From the IMG/VR virus record IMGVR_UViG_3300006945_000003: a stretch of DNA of 39,797 nucleotides; one strand, given 5' to 3'. Below the pieces are notes generated by a model. It was not told where the DNA came from. It saw nothing but the letters and a program-made list of their open reading frames with translations, and made no database searches. Made by a program: the position numbers and the translations under genes. Source of the DNA: a virus. Shown here one piece after another: positions 30,950 through 38,725 of the stretch; the stretch's first letter is position 1; each line of letters starts with the position of its first letter.

Positions 30950-32173
30950 ATGAGTTACTCGGGGGAGCAGAAATACGAGCAGCGTGCATTCCTGCCAGAC
31001 GAGGCGCGTGCGGTGTCTCCTCCGTCTGGTACAGTGTCACCTGCGCTCCTCCAATGGGCCGTTGAACGTTTCGGGAACCGTGCGGAGCTGGAACGTCGGT
31101 TTCCCAAGCTGTCTCGATGGCTCGACGGCGCGGAGCTGCCCACAGTCCGACAGCTCGAAGCGTTCGCTCGAGCTACCCTCACGCCATTCGGATACTTCTT
31201 TCTTCCCGAGCCGCCACGTGAGGAGATCGCGATTCCAGACTTCCGCGTACGCTCAGGCAAGCCTCTCCGGCTTACTGCGAAAATGCAGGCCCTTATCGGC
31301 ATGCTACAGATTCGCCAGGAATGGCTCAGCGAGTATCGGCAGAGGAGCGGCCGGCCTCGGCTCGAGTTTATCGGTAAGTTCGATGCGACAGTTGCCCCCC
31401 AGAAGGCTGCGCGTGACATGCGTGCCGTCCTTCGGTTGCCGGATGATTGGCCCAGAGCATCATCGACTCGTGCTGACGCGCTCGCGACGTTGGCTAATCA
31501 AGCTGAAGCGGCGGGCGTCGTTGTGGTGTTTAACAGTGTGCTGGGCAACAATACCCACCAGCGCCTGCGCGAAGAGGACTTTAGTGGGTTTGCACTTGTC
31601 GATCAGTACGCACCATTCATCTTCATTAATACAGGGCGAGAGAGAGCAAAGGCGGCTCAGATTTTTACCCTCGCCCACGAACTTGCGCACCTTTGGCTTG
31701 GTCAGAGTGGCATCAGCCGCGTTACGCTCGGGCAGGAAGCAGGGCAAGAGATCGAACGGGCATGCAATCGTATTGCAGCGGCCTTCCTCATGCCTGAAGC
31801 GCTGTTTCGCGCTGCCTGGCAAGAACTGCACCAAGAGCCGCTTCAGGAGATGACGTATCGCCTTTCAGAGCAGTGGAAGGTAAGCCGGGCAGCGATCGTG
31901 GTCCGTGCGCTCGAACTGAACCTACTCGATCGAGTGCAGGGAGACACACTGCTCGAGGAACTCCGAAGCAGCTATGAAGAGCGCGAAGAGAAGGCAGCGC
32001 ACGCGGGCGGTGATTTCTACCGCATGCAGATGCGGCGCCTCGGTCGTCCTTTTGTCGAGGCTGTCATCGAAGCATTAGAGGAAGAAGAACTCTCGTATCG
32101 GGAAGCGGAAGAGCTGCTCGATGTGCGCGCGAAGGCCCTCACCAGGCTACTGGACAGATTCACGCCGAGCTAA
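30950..32173 (+). CDS. XRE-HTH/ImmA-IrrE (COG2856, DUF955) metallopeptidase fusion
   Basis: 407 aa. It has an N-terminal HTH-like region (PTVRQLEAFARATLTPFGYFFL) and an HEXXH motif (LAHELAHLWLGQ). It sits in the lower-GC island. Confidence 0.75.
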   Translation: MSYSGEQKYEQRAFLPDEARAVSPPSGTVSPALLQWAVERFGNRAELERRFPKLSRWLDGAELPTVRQLEAFARATLTPFGYFFLPEPPREEIAIPDFRVRSGKPLRLTAKMQALIGMLQIRQEWLSEYRQRSGRPRLEFIGKFDATVAPQKAARDMRAVLRLPDDWPRASSTRADALATLANQAEAAGVVVVFNSVLGNNTHQRLREEDFSGFALVDQYAPFIFINTGRERAKAAQIFTLAHELAHLWLGQSGISRVTLGQEAGQEIERACNRIAAAFLMPEALFRAAWQELHQEPLQEMTYRLSEQWKVSRAAIVVRALELNLLDRVQGDTLLEELRSSYEEREEKAAHAGGDFYRMQMRRLGRPFVEAVIEALEEEELSYREAEELLDVRAKALTRLLDRFTPS

Positions 32174-32179
32174 GGGGCT

Positions 32180-32668
32180 ATGGAGCACTTCGTCATTGAT
32201 TCTAACGTATTCATTCACGGGGCAAATCGGTGGTATCCGATGGATATCTTCCCTGCATTTTGGCAAAAGCTCGTAGAGTTAGCTACAAATGGACAAGTGG
32301 TCAGCGTCGATGCGGTGCGCGAGGAGCTCACGAAGCGTCAGGATACCCTCGCTGAATGGGCGAAGGATAGTTTCAATGGGTGGCGCGCGGCAAAGTCTGA
32401 TCCCTTGGTCCAACAGCATTACTCAGAGGTTATACGGCATGTCAACGGACTCCGGGGCAAATCATCAGCAGCGAAATATCAATTTGCAAACAAGGCAGAC
32501 GGATGGATCGTCGCGTATGCTGTAGCATACAGTGCAATTGTTGTGACACATGAGAAGAGTGTTTCAGAAACCTCCCAAAAGATCAAGATTCCTGATGTAT
32601 GTCATCAATTCAATGTCGAGTGCATTCGCCTCGTCGAGATGCTCCGGCGTCTGAATGTGACGATCTAA
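32180..32668 (+). CDS. DUF4411 (PIN-like) protein, candidate toxin/effector partner of the upstream peptidase
   Basis: 162 aa. The N-terminus is FVIDSNVFIHGANRWYPMDIFPAFW, with DGWIVAYA later. It starts 6 nt after the upstream stop. It is the lowest-GC gene in the window by eye. Confidence 0.65.
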   Translation: MEHFVIDSNVFIHGANRWYPMDIFPAFWQKLVELATNGQVVSVDAVREELTKRQDTLAEWAKDSFNGWRAAKSDPLVQQHYSEVIRHVNGLRGKSSAAKYQFANKADGWIVAYAVAYSAIVVTHEKSVSETSQKIKIPDVCHQFNVECIRLVEMLRRLNVTI

Positions 32669-32673
32669 GTAAC

Positions 32674-34419
32674 ATGCAAGGGCTGCTGTTCATGACCGAC
32701 ACTTGGCGCAACCAACTCTACTTCGGTGACAACCTCGACGTGCTCCGCGAGCACATACCGGATGCGTCAGTTGATCTCATCTACCTTGACCCGCCGTTTA
32801 ACTCGAATGCCACCTACAACGTGCTCTTCCGTGAACGGTCCGGCGAGCAGTCTGCAGCCCAGATCACGGCCTTCGAGGACACTTGGCACTGGGGGATCGA
32901 GGCTGAGCGCACCTTCCACGAGCTCGTCACCGCTGGACCGAAGAAAGTCGCTGACCTCATGCAGGCACTGCGGGCCTTTCTCGGCCAAAACGACGTCATG
33001 GCCTATCTCACCATGATGGCCATCCGCCTCGTCGAGCTGCACCGTGTGCTCAAACCCACGGGCTCGCTCTACTTGCACTGTGATCCGACGGCGAGCCATT
33101 ACATCAAGCTCGTGCTCGATGCGATCTTCGGCCCGCGGCAATTCAAGAACGAGATCATCTGGAAGCGCTCGAGTGCCCATAGCGACACGAAGCAAGGGAT
33201 GCGGAGGTACGGGCGAGTGCATGACGTCATCCTCTTCTATACCAAGACGGAAACCTACACCTGGAATTCGCAGTATCTTCCTTATGATGAGAAATACGTC
33301 CAGGAGTTTTATCGTTACGTGGAACCAGAGACCGGGCGACGGTATCGCATGGATAATCTCACCGCAGCCAAGCCAGGCGGCGACACCCAGTATGCCTGGC
33401 GGGTCAAGCGCCGTATCGATCCGCCCGGCCCCTGGCAGGCCGATCTCGACGATGAGTGGCAGAACCCGCAACCTGGCTGGGAATACAAGGCAGTCTATCC
33501 CTATCGTGGCCGTTTCTGGGCATACAGCAAGGAGAACATGATTGCATTCGAGCGTGCCGGTCGGCTGGTGTACACCAAGACCGGGATGCCCTGCTACAAG
33601 CGCTACCTGGACGAGCAGCCTGGCGTGCCGCTGCAAGATATTTGGGATGACATACCGCCAGCCCTCGGAAAAGAGGATCTCGGCTACCCGACCCAGAAAC
33701 CTCAGGCGCTGCTCGAACGCATCATCAACGCCAGCTCTAACCCGGGCGACCTCGTGCTTGATCCCTTCTGCGGCTGCGGTACTGCGGTGGTCGCTGCCGA
33801 AAAGCTCGGCCGTCGCTGGATCGGCATTGACATCACCTATCTCGCCATCGACCTGATCGAGCGCCGGCTTCAGGACACCTTCGGTGATGAACTCCACCCC
33901 TACGAGGTGCACGGCGCGCCCAAAGACCTCCCCAGCGCTCGGGCACTCGCCCAGCGAGATCGCCACCAGTTCGAGTGGTGGGCGCTCAGCCTCGTCGATG
34001 CCCACCCAGCTCAGGACAAGCGCAAGGGCGCTGACCGGGGGATCGACGGCTTCATCTACTTCTTCGATGATGATAGCGGTCAGGCCAAGCGGATCGTCGT
34101 CCAGGTCAAAAGCGGTGCGGTCAACGTGGGCCAGGTACGGGATCTCCGTGGCGTGATCGACCGCGAGCAGGCAGCGATCGGCGTGCTCATCACGCTGGAG
34201 CCACCGACTGAGCCCATGAAACGTGAGGCGGTGGCTGCAGGGTTCTACGAGCCTCCCCGTTTCCCCGGCCGCCGCTACCCACGGCTCCAGATTCTGACCG
34301 TCCAGGAACTGCTGTCCGGTGCACGAGTACAGTACCCGCAGTTAGCACCGGTGGCAACGTTCAAGCGTGCAAAACGGGAAAGAAAGAAACAACTTCGTCA
34401 GGAACGGCTGGCCTTGTGA
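32674..34419 (+). CDS. Beta-class N6-adenine/N4-cytosine DNA methyltransferase fused to a C-terminal Mrr-like PD-(D/E)xK nuclease domain
   Basis: Motif IV (DLIYLDPPF) precedes motif I (VLDPFCGCGT). The C-terminal ~150 aa read FEWWALSLV...GADRGIDGFIYF...IVVQVKSGAVNVGQVRDLRGV...GVLITL, an Mrr_cat pattern. The start is ATG 32674 or 32692. Confidence 0.8.
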   Translation: MQGLLFMTDTWRNQLYFGDNLDVLREHIPDASVDLIYLDPPFNSNATYNVLFRERSGEQSAAQITAFEDTWHWGIEAERTFHELVTAGPKKVADLMQALRAFLGQNDVMAYLTMMAIRLVELHRVLKPTGSLYLHCDPTASHYIKLVLDAIFGPRQFKNEIIWKRSSAHSDTKQGMRRYGRVHDVILFYTKTETYTWNSQYLPYDEKYVQEFYRYVEPETGRRYRMDNLTAAKPGGDTQYAWRVKRRIDPPGPWQADLDDEWQNPQPGWEYKAVYPYRGRFWAYSKENMIAFERAGRLVYTKTGMPCYKRYLDEQPGVPLQDIWDDIPPALGKEDLGYPTQKPQALLERIINASSNPGDLVLDPFCGCGTAVVAAEKLGRRWIGIDITYLAIDLIERRLQDTFGDELHPYEVHGAPKDLPSARALAQRDRHQFEWWALSLVDAHPAQDKRKGADRGIDGFIYFFDDDSGQAKRIVVQVKSGAVNVGQVRDLRGVIDREQAAIGVLITLEPPTEPMKREAVAAGFYEPPRFPGRRYPRLQILTVQELLSGARVQYPQLAPVATFKRAKRERKKQLRQERLAL

Positions 34420-34560
34420 ACCGGCGGAGTATGAACTCGTGCTCCGGTGGAACGAAACGCTCTGGGGGTGGGGGCGCTTATGACACGCCGCGGACGGAGC
34501 GAGGGCTCCATGATCACGACCTGACTCCACTAGAGCGGTTTCTTAGCGCATCCTATAGCA

Positions 34561-34884
34561 GTGGATAGGGCGCACAACGAATGGAGGGTGCTTCCAATGG
34601 AAGGATTGCCAGCAGGGGAATGGTTTGTGATCCGCGCCCCGGGAACGGCAAGCAGTGTATGGCTCTCGATTCGCGAGATTGCGTGGGTTGCAGTCGTTAA
34701 GGGGGGAGAAGAGGTCTGGGTGAGTTACAAAGGACGCACGGTGCAGACGAAAGTGACCGGCGTCTATGCGGAAGAATTGTTACACGAGATCCGTGAGTGG
34801 AACCGCCAGCACCCGGGTGAGGCTATTCTTATCGGCACATATGAGCTGGGCACTGGGAACTCGCGCGGAGCTACCGGCGCGTAG
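34561..34884 (+). CDS. Hypothetical protein
   Basis: 107 aa from a GTG start (alternative ATG at 34597). No motif recognised. It lies between the methyltransferase and the integrase. Confidence 0.4.
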   Translation: MDRAHNEWRVLPMEGLPAGEWFVIRAPGTASSVWLSIREIAWVAVVKGGEEVWVSYKGRTVQTKVTGVYAEELLHEIREWNRQHPGEAILIGTYELGTGNSRGATGA

Positions 34885-34925
34885 TCCTCTTGCGCGACAG
34901 GTCCCTGAAAGGCAAGGAGTACGTA

Positions 34926-36107
34926 ATGGCGCGACGCGGGCGGGGCGAGGGCACAATCTACCGCAGGGCCGACGGGCGGTGGGAAGCCAAAGTCGATCTC
35001 GGGCTCGTGAACGGCAAGCGAGTCCGCAAGTCGATCTACGGCCGTACCAGGCGCGAGGTGCAAGAGAAACTGGCACGTGCGCAAGCCGACCTCCGCCGTG
35101 GACTCCCGCTGGTCGATGAGCGAACGACGGTTAGTGAGTTCCTTTCCGAGTGGCTTGACGCTGTACGCCACCGGCTCCGGCCGAAAACCTTCCGCTCTTA
35201 TGAGCAGATCGTGCGAGTGCACCTTGTCCCGTTCCTCGGCGCAATCCCGCTCGCCAAGCTCCAGCCCCACCATGTGCAGCAGCTCGTCGCCTCGCGTCTC
35301 GACCTCGGACTCTCACCCAGAACAGCCGACTACTGTCGGGTGGTGCTCCGGGCCGCACTCAATGACGCGGTGCGCTGGGGGATCATCGCTCGTAACGTCG
35401 CCCAACTCGCTGACCCGCCGCGGCAAGAGCGCCCAGCCATCGAACCGTGGGATATCGACGAGGCCCGGCGGTTCCTGAGCGTGGCCCGCCATGACCGGCT
35501 GGGCGCCTTGTTCTCGGTCGCCCTTGCGCTCGGCCTCCGCCAAGGGGAAGCGCTTGGGCTCACCTGGGACTCGATCGATCTCGATCGCGGCACCCTCGCG
35601 GTCACGGCACAGCTGCAGTGGATTTCAGGAGAACCAACACTCGTCCCCCCGAAGAGTTCGGCATCCCGCCGGGTCCTGATCCTCCCGCAGATTCTCCGTG
35701 AGGCCCTGCGTATCCACCGCCGGCGCCAGATTGAGGAGAGACTCGCAGCAGGATCGCTCTGGCAAGGGAACCGGTGGAACCTGGTCTTCACCACAGCGAT
35801 CGGCACCCCGCTCGACCCGCGGAATGTCCGCCGCGTCTTCCGGCGGCTCTGCCAGCAGGCCGGCGTGCGGCCTATTCGCTTCCACGATCTCCGGCACACC
35901 TGTGCCACTCTCCTACTTGCGCAGGAGGTGCCACCGCGAGTGGTGCAGGAACTGCTCGGGCATTCCCAGATCACGCTCACGCTCGACACGTACACGAGCG
36001 TGCTCCCCCGCCACCTGGGTGACGCCGCCCGGCGGATCGACGCGCTCCTAGGTGACGACCATTCTGACGACCAACGGGGCCGAACGCTGGCGGACACCAG
36101 CGGCTAG
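34926..36107 (+). CDS. int: Tyrosine integrase
   Basis: 393 aa from ATG 34926, with AAGGAG 6 nt upstream. It has an N-terminal arm-binding-type motif (GTIYRRADGRWEAKV), box II (FHDLRHTCATLLL), and the catalytic Tyr region (LGHSQITLTLDTYTSV). Confidence 0.9.
   Translation: MARRGRGEGTIYRRADGRWEAKVDLGLVNGKRVRKSIYGRTRREVQEKLARAQADLRRGLPLVDERTTVSEFLSEWLDAVRHRLRPKTFRSYEQIVRVHLVPFLGAIPLAKLQPHHVQQLVASRLDLGLSPRTADYCRVVLRAALNDAVRWGIIARNVAQLADPPRQERPAIEPWDIDEARRFLSVARHDRLGALFSVALALGLRQGEALGLTWDSIDLDRGTLAVTAQLQWISGEPTLVPPKSSASRRVLILPQILREALRIHRRRQIEERLAAGSLWQGNRWNLVFTTAIGTPLDPRNVRRVFRRLCQQAGVRPIRFHDLRHTCATLLLAQEVPPRVVQELLGHSQITLTLDTYTSVLPRHLGDAARRIDALLGDDHSDDQRGRTLADTSG
36053..36074. repeat. Left 22-bp repeat TGACGACCATTCTGACGACCAA (two TGACGACCA units), candidate integrase arm-type sites
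   Basis: Identical to 36274-36295. It lies within the last codons of int, ~105 bp left of the tRNA-like core. Confidence 0.8.
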
Positions 36108-36179
36108 CGCACCCTGTCTTGCAGCGTACGAACATGCTTCTGCGGACAACGGCTACTCCTGCAGGACGGGCTGGCCCTA

Positions 36180-36225
36180 ACTCTTAATCAGCGGGTTGGG
36201 GGTTCGAGTCCCTCGCGGCCTACCG
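36180..36225 (+). other. attP core candidate: 3' half of tRNA-Lys(CUU), from the anticodon loop to the acceptor end
   Basis: Parsed as CTCTTAA (anticodon loop, CTT), TCAGC (stem), GGGTT (variable loop), GGGGG-TTCGAGT-CCCTC (T arm), GCGGCCT-A (acceptor 3' strand plus discriminator). No matching 5' half or D arm lies upstream. Confidence 0.75.
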
Positions 36226-36241
36226 CAAGAAATCAAGGAAA

Positions 36242-36274
36242 ATCGCCCCGGGATATCCCGGGGCGATCGCTTTT
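36242..36274. terminator. Bidirectional intrinsic terminator
   Basis: A perfect 26-bp palindrome ATCGCCCCGGGAT|ATCCCGGGGCGAT (36242-36267) is flanked by AAAA on the left and CGCTTTT on the right. It sits between the convergent int and endolysin genes. Confidence 0.7.
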
Positions 36275-36295
36275 GACGACCATTCTGACGACCAA
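36274..36295. repeat. Right 22-bp repeat TGACGACCATTCTGACGACCAA
   Basis: Identical to 36053-36074. It lies ~50 bp right of the tRNA-like core and just past the endolysin stop codon. Confidence 0.8.
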
Positions 36296-36300
36296 TGCAC

Positions 36301-37578
36301 TCATGACCGCAGTAACCCCCGGCTTCGGGCCCACTCGACAACTCGTGTTGCCTCGCCGAACAGCGAGACATGGACTCGCCATGGTTCGGGCTCGCTCTCC
36401 CCATACTTGAGCACGGCTCGCTCGAACACTTGGTATACAGCCCCTGCGTACTCGAACTCCTCTGTTAGAGGCCATCCGAGTGTCCGTAACGGCAGCGTCG
36501 GATCGATCCGCTCGAGTGTCCTCCAGAACTCTAAGAAACCATGCCCGACGTGCCGCCCGAGCGGCCCGATCTGAACGACGTCGCTTGCCATCTCGCCACC
36601 CTCCAGTATTTTCGCTACTTGCTGCCGAAACCCCTCGAACCCCTGCTCCAGCAGTCGCCTCGGGCAACGCTTCCCGCTCCAGTTCTGGTGCGGTACCACT
36701 CGCTCGACTGGTAGCCCGAAGGCCCGGCAGAGAGCTGCCACCAGCCGCGCGCCGTGCTCCTGGGTGCGGGACCAGTCGCCGTCGCGATTCACGCAGAGCT
36801 CCACCGCGATGCTGGTGCGGTTGCCCGGGCCCTGGGCGCCGTCGCCGGCGTGCCAGCCGTTCTCGGTGGTGGGGAGGAGCTGCACGATGCGCTGGTCGTC
36901 GACCACGAAGTGGAAGCTCACCCCTTCGGGGCCGCCCCCGCTGTGGACGAAGCGCTGGTGAGCCCGGGCATCGGCGCCCGGCTGCTCGTTGGCCGTCTCG
37001 TGGACCGTGATCCAGGCCGGGCGGAGGGGGTAGGCGGGGCGGTTCGGCGCCCCGCGAGGGACCAGCGCGATCTCGAGCGGTACACCTGGCACCGGTTCCT
37101 CGCCGTGCTGCGCCATGAAGCGCCGAACGGCCGCGATGTAGCTGGCCGGGTCGTTCCCGTCGGCGGCGGGAGCCCAGAGGGGGACGATCGCCTCCACGGT
37201 GTCGGCTCCGGCGCGCCGGTAGACGAAGCCGGGGTCGACCAGTCGACGGGCCAGGTCCCGGAACCCTTCGGTCCAGCTGGGGTAGCGGACGAACTGGCCG
37301 CGACCGGGCACGCTGACCGGCTGGCCCGCGCCGGTGCGGCTGGTGCGAGTGGCGCCGGGGTTGCGGAGGTCGTGCTCGGCGACCAGCCCCACGGTGCCGA
37401 AGCGCGATTCGTGGGCGAAGATGGCCAGGGCGAAGAGAGGGTCGACCCCCTCGGCGGCGACGGCGCGCCAGCAGGCGTCTGCTTCAGCTGCAGCAGGTGA
37501 CCTCGCCTCGCGAAGGATCTGTGCGAAGCGTGTCACCGAGATTCTCGGTAGTGTGCCGACCACTACTGTGCCATTCAT
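36301..37578 (-). CDS. Endolysin: N-terminal glucosaminidase/muramidase-like domain + N-acetylmuramoyl-L-alanine amidase (Amidase_2/PGRP) + C-terminal domain
   Basis: 425 aa with RBS GGGAGGGG. It carries LFALAIFAHESRFG, and then ITVHETAN, HFVVDD, WHAGDG, VVPHQNWSGKRCP (amidase_2 pattern). Confidence 0.85.
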   Translation of the reverse strand: MNGTVVVGTLPRISVTRFAQILREARSPAAAEADACWRAVAAEGVDPLFALAIFAHESRFGTVGLVAEHDLRNPGATRTSRTGAGQPVSVPGRGQFVRYPSWTEGFRDLARRLVDPGFVYRRAGADTVEAIVPLWAPAADGNDPASYIAAVRRFMAQHGEEPVPGVPLEIALVPRGAPNRPAYPLRPAWITVHETANEQPGADARAHQRFVHSGGGPEGVSFHFVVDDQRIVQLLPTTENGWHAGDGAQGPGNRTSIAVELCVNRDGDWSRTQEHGARLVAALCRAFGLPVERVVPHQNWSGKRCPRRLLEQGFEGFRQQVAKILEGGEMASDVVQIGPLGRHVGHGFLEFWRTLERIDPTLPLRTLGWPLTEEFEYAGAVYQVFERAVLKYGESEPEPWRVHVSLFGEATRVVEWARSRGLLRS

Positions 37579-37876
37579 TCAGGATCCCCTCCCGATAGCA
37601 CCAGGCGAGAAACCGCCACCAGCGAAGCGTTCGTACTGGTACGTACGGGAACTCAGCGAGGTTCCGCGGGGCAGGGCACTGTGGAAGCTCGCGAGCGATG
37701 GCAGCCGCTAGCCGCTGCGGGGGTACTCCGAGGTCACCGCGCGCGACCTCGACGATCGTCCCGGGACTTATGGCGAGATAGCAGCACCGATCGTCTTCCG
37801 ACCAGGCGACGGCACCGGCACCGAGCTGCCAGAGGTACACCACGAGGTCGATGAGGCCACGGTGCACCGGCGTCAT
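37484..37876 (-). CDS. Hypothetical lysis-cassette protein
   Basis: 130 aa from ATG 37876 (ATGA overlap). Its last 31 codons overlap the endolysin start out of frame. Confidence 0.45.
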   Translation of the reverse strand: MTPVHRGLIDLVVYLWQLGAGAVAWSEDDRCCYLAISPGTIVEVARGDLGVPPQRLAAAIARELPQCPAPRNLAEFPYVPVRTLRWWRFLAWCYREGILNEWHSSGRHTTENLGDTLRTDPSRGEVTCCS

Positions 37877-38265
37877 CGCGTACCTCCCCGGTACAGCCAG
37901 CGGTAGAACGCGAGGCGCTGCAAGGTTCTCGTATCGAGGTCCGTGAGCGCGACCTGTGCCATCGCGGTCGGGTCGTGCGCCACTACAAAAGGGCGCTGGC
38001 ATTCCTCGCAGCGGTAATAGACGTCGACGACGTGCTCGGGAGTGCCAGCCCGCTCGACTGCCATCCAAGGCCGCTCATGCCCACACCATGGGCAGCGGAC
38101 CAGATCGAATGCTTGCCCGTCGGCGTCGACCCTGCGCACGCTCCCGGGCTTAAGCAGCTCGCCACAATACGGGCAGCGAGCGAGGCCCCCTTGCCAGACG
38201 AGCACGACATCGTAGGGTGCACCACACCCGGCACATCGCTGCCAGCGGTCACGCGTGCTGGTCAT
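37873..38265 (-). CDS. Double zinc-ribbon protein in the lysis cassette
   Basis: 130 aa from ATG 38265. It has four CxxC pairs: CAGCG..CPYCG and CPWCG..CEEC. Confidence 0.5.
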   Translation of the reverse strand: MTSTRDRWQRCAGCGAPYDVVLVWQGGLARCPYCGELLKPGSVRRVDADGQAFDLVRCPWCGHERPWMAVERAGTPEHVVDVYYRCEECQRPFVVAHDPTAMAQVALTDLDTRTLQRLAFYRWLYRGGTR

Positions 38266-38644
38266 CTCGTTTCTCTCCGAAACGATCGAATGCCTGGCGG
38301 AGCGCTTCTGGGACTGGCACCCCGATCCGCGCTGCGTTCTCGAGCACCGACAATCCCTCGTGCATGATGTAGAAACCCACCACCGGCTCGGCGATCGGCA
38401 AGCCGGTATGCCCCCCGATGAGATAGGCGACACCAACCAGGAGAAGCACCACGCTCTTCCGTGCGATGCCGCGGAGGCTCACGGTGCTCGATAGCCTGCG
38501 CTCGATCCCAGCAGCAACCATCCCGGTGACGATGTCGGCGAGCATGACGACACAGAGGATCTGCACGAGTACCGGAGTCTCACGCCAGATCGTCGCCGCG
38601 ACTGCAGACGCGACCTTCAGCCAAGCCAGGATGTCCCGGTCCAT
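38249..38644 (-). CDS. Holin (Phage_holin_4_1/LL-H-like)
   Basis: 131 aa with predicted TM helices. The family-like pattern is MLADIVTGMVAAG...RGIARKSVVLLLV...FYIMHEGLSVLENAARIGVPVPEAL. It lies upstream of the endolysin. Confidence 0.75.
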   Translation of the reverse strand: MDRDILAWLKVASAVAATIWRETPVLVQILCVVMLADIVTGMVAAGIERRLSSTVSLRGIARKSVVLLLVGVAYLIGGHTGLPIAEPVVGFYIMHEGLSVLENAARIGVPVPEALRQAFDRFGEKRDDQHA

Positions 38645-38663
38645 TCGCTTCTCCCTTCATGCA

Positions 38664-38697
38664 CACGGGAAGACCCGGTAGCCTGGGTCTTCCCGTG
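38664..38697 (-). promoter_or_regulatory. Perfect 13-bp-stem hairpin without a U-tract, just upstream of the holin RBS
   Basis: CACGGGAAGACCC (38664-38676) pairs with GGGTCTTCCCGTG (38685-38697). On the minus strand it is followed by TGCATGAAGGGAGAAGCGAATG, which contains the holin RBS and start. Confidence 0.5.
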
Positions 38698-38725
38698 CAC
38701 GTCGACGATCGCGCTCAGCTCGCGT

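Noticed and set aside
30800-34900. Transposon or insertion sequence as the vehicle of the low-GC island
   Set aside because: I found no transposase-like ORF, no terminal inverted repeats and no obvious target-site duplication at the compositional boundaries. The acquisition mechanism remains open.
36120-36225. A complete tRNA gene next to the integrase
   Set aside because: Only the anticodon loop through the acceptor 3' strand can be folded. The sequence upstream (ggctggccctaa) cannot form the anticodon-stem 5' strand, the D arm or the acceptor 5' strand. This is an attP fragment rather than a functional tRNA.
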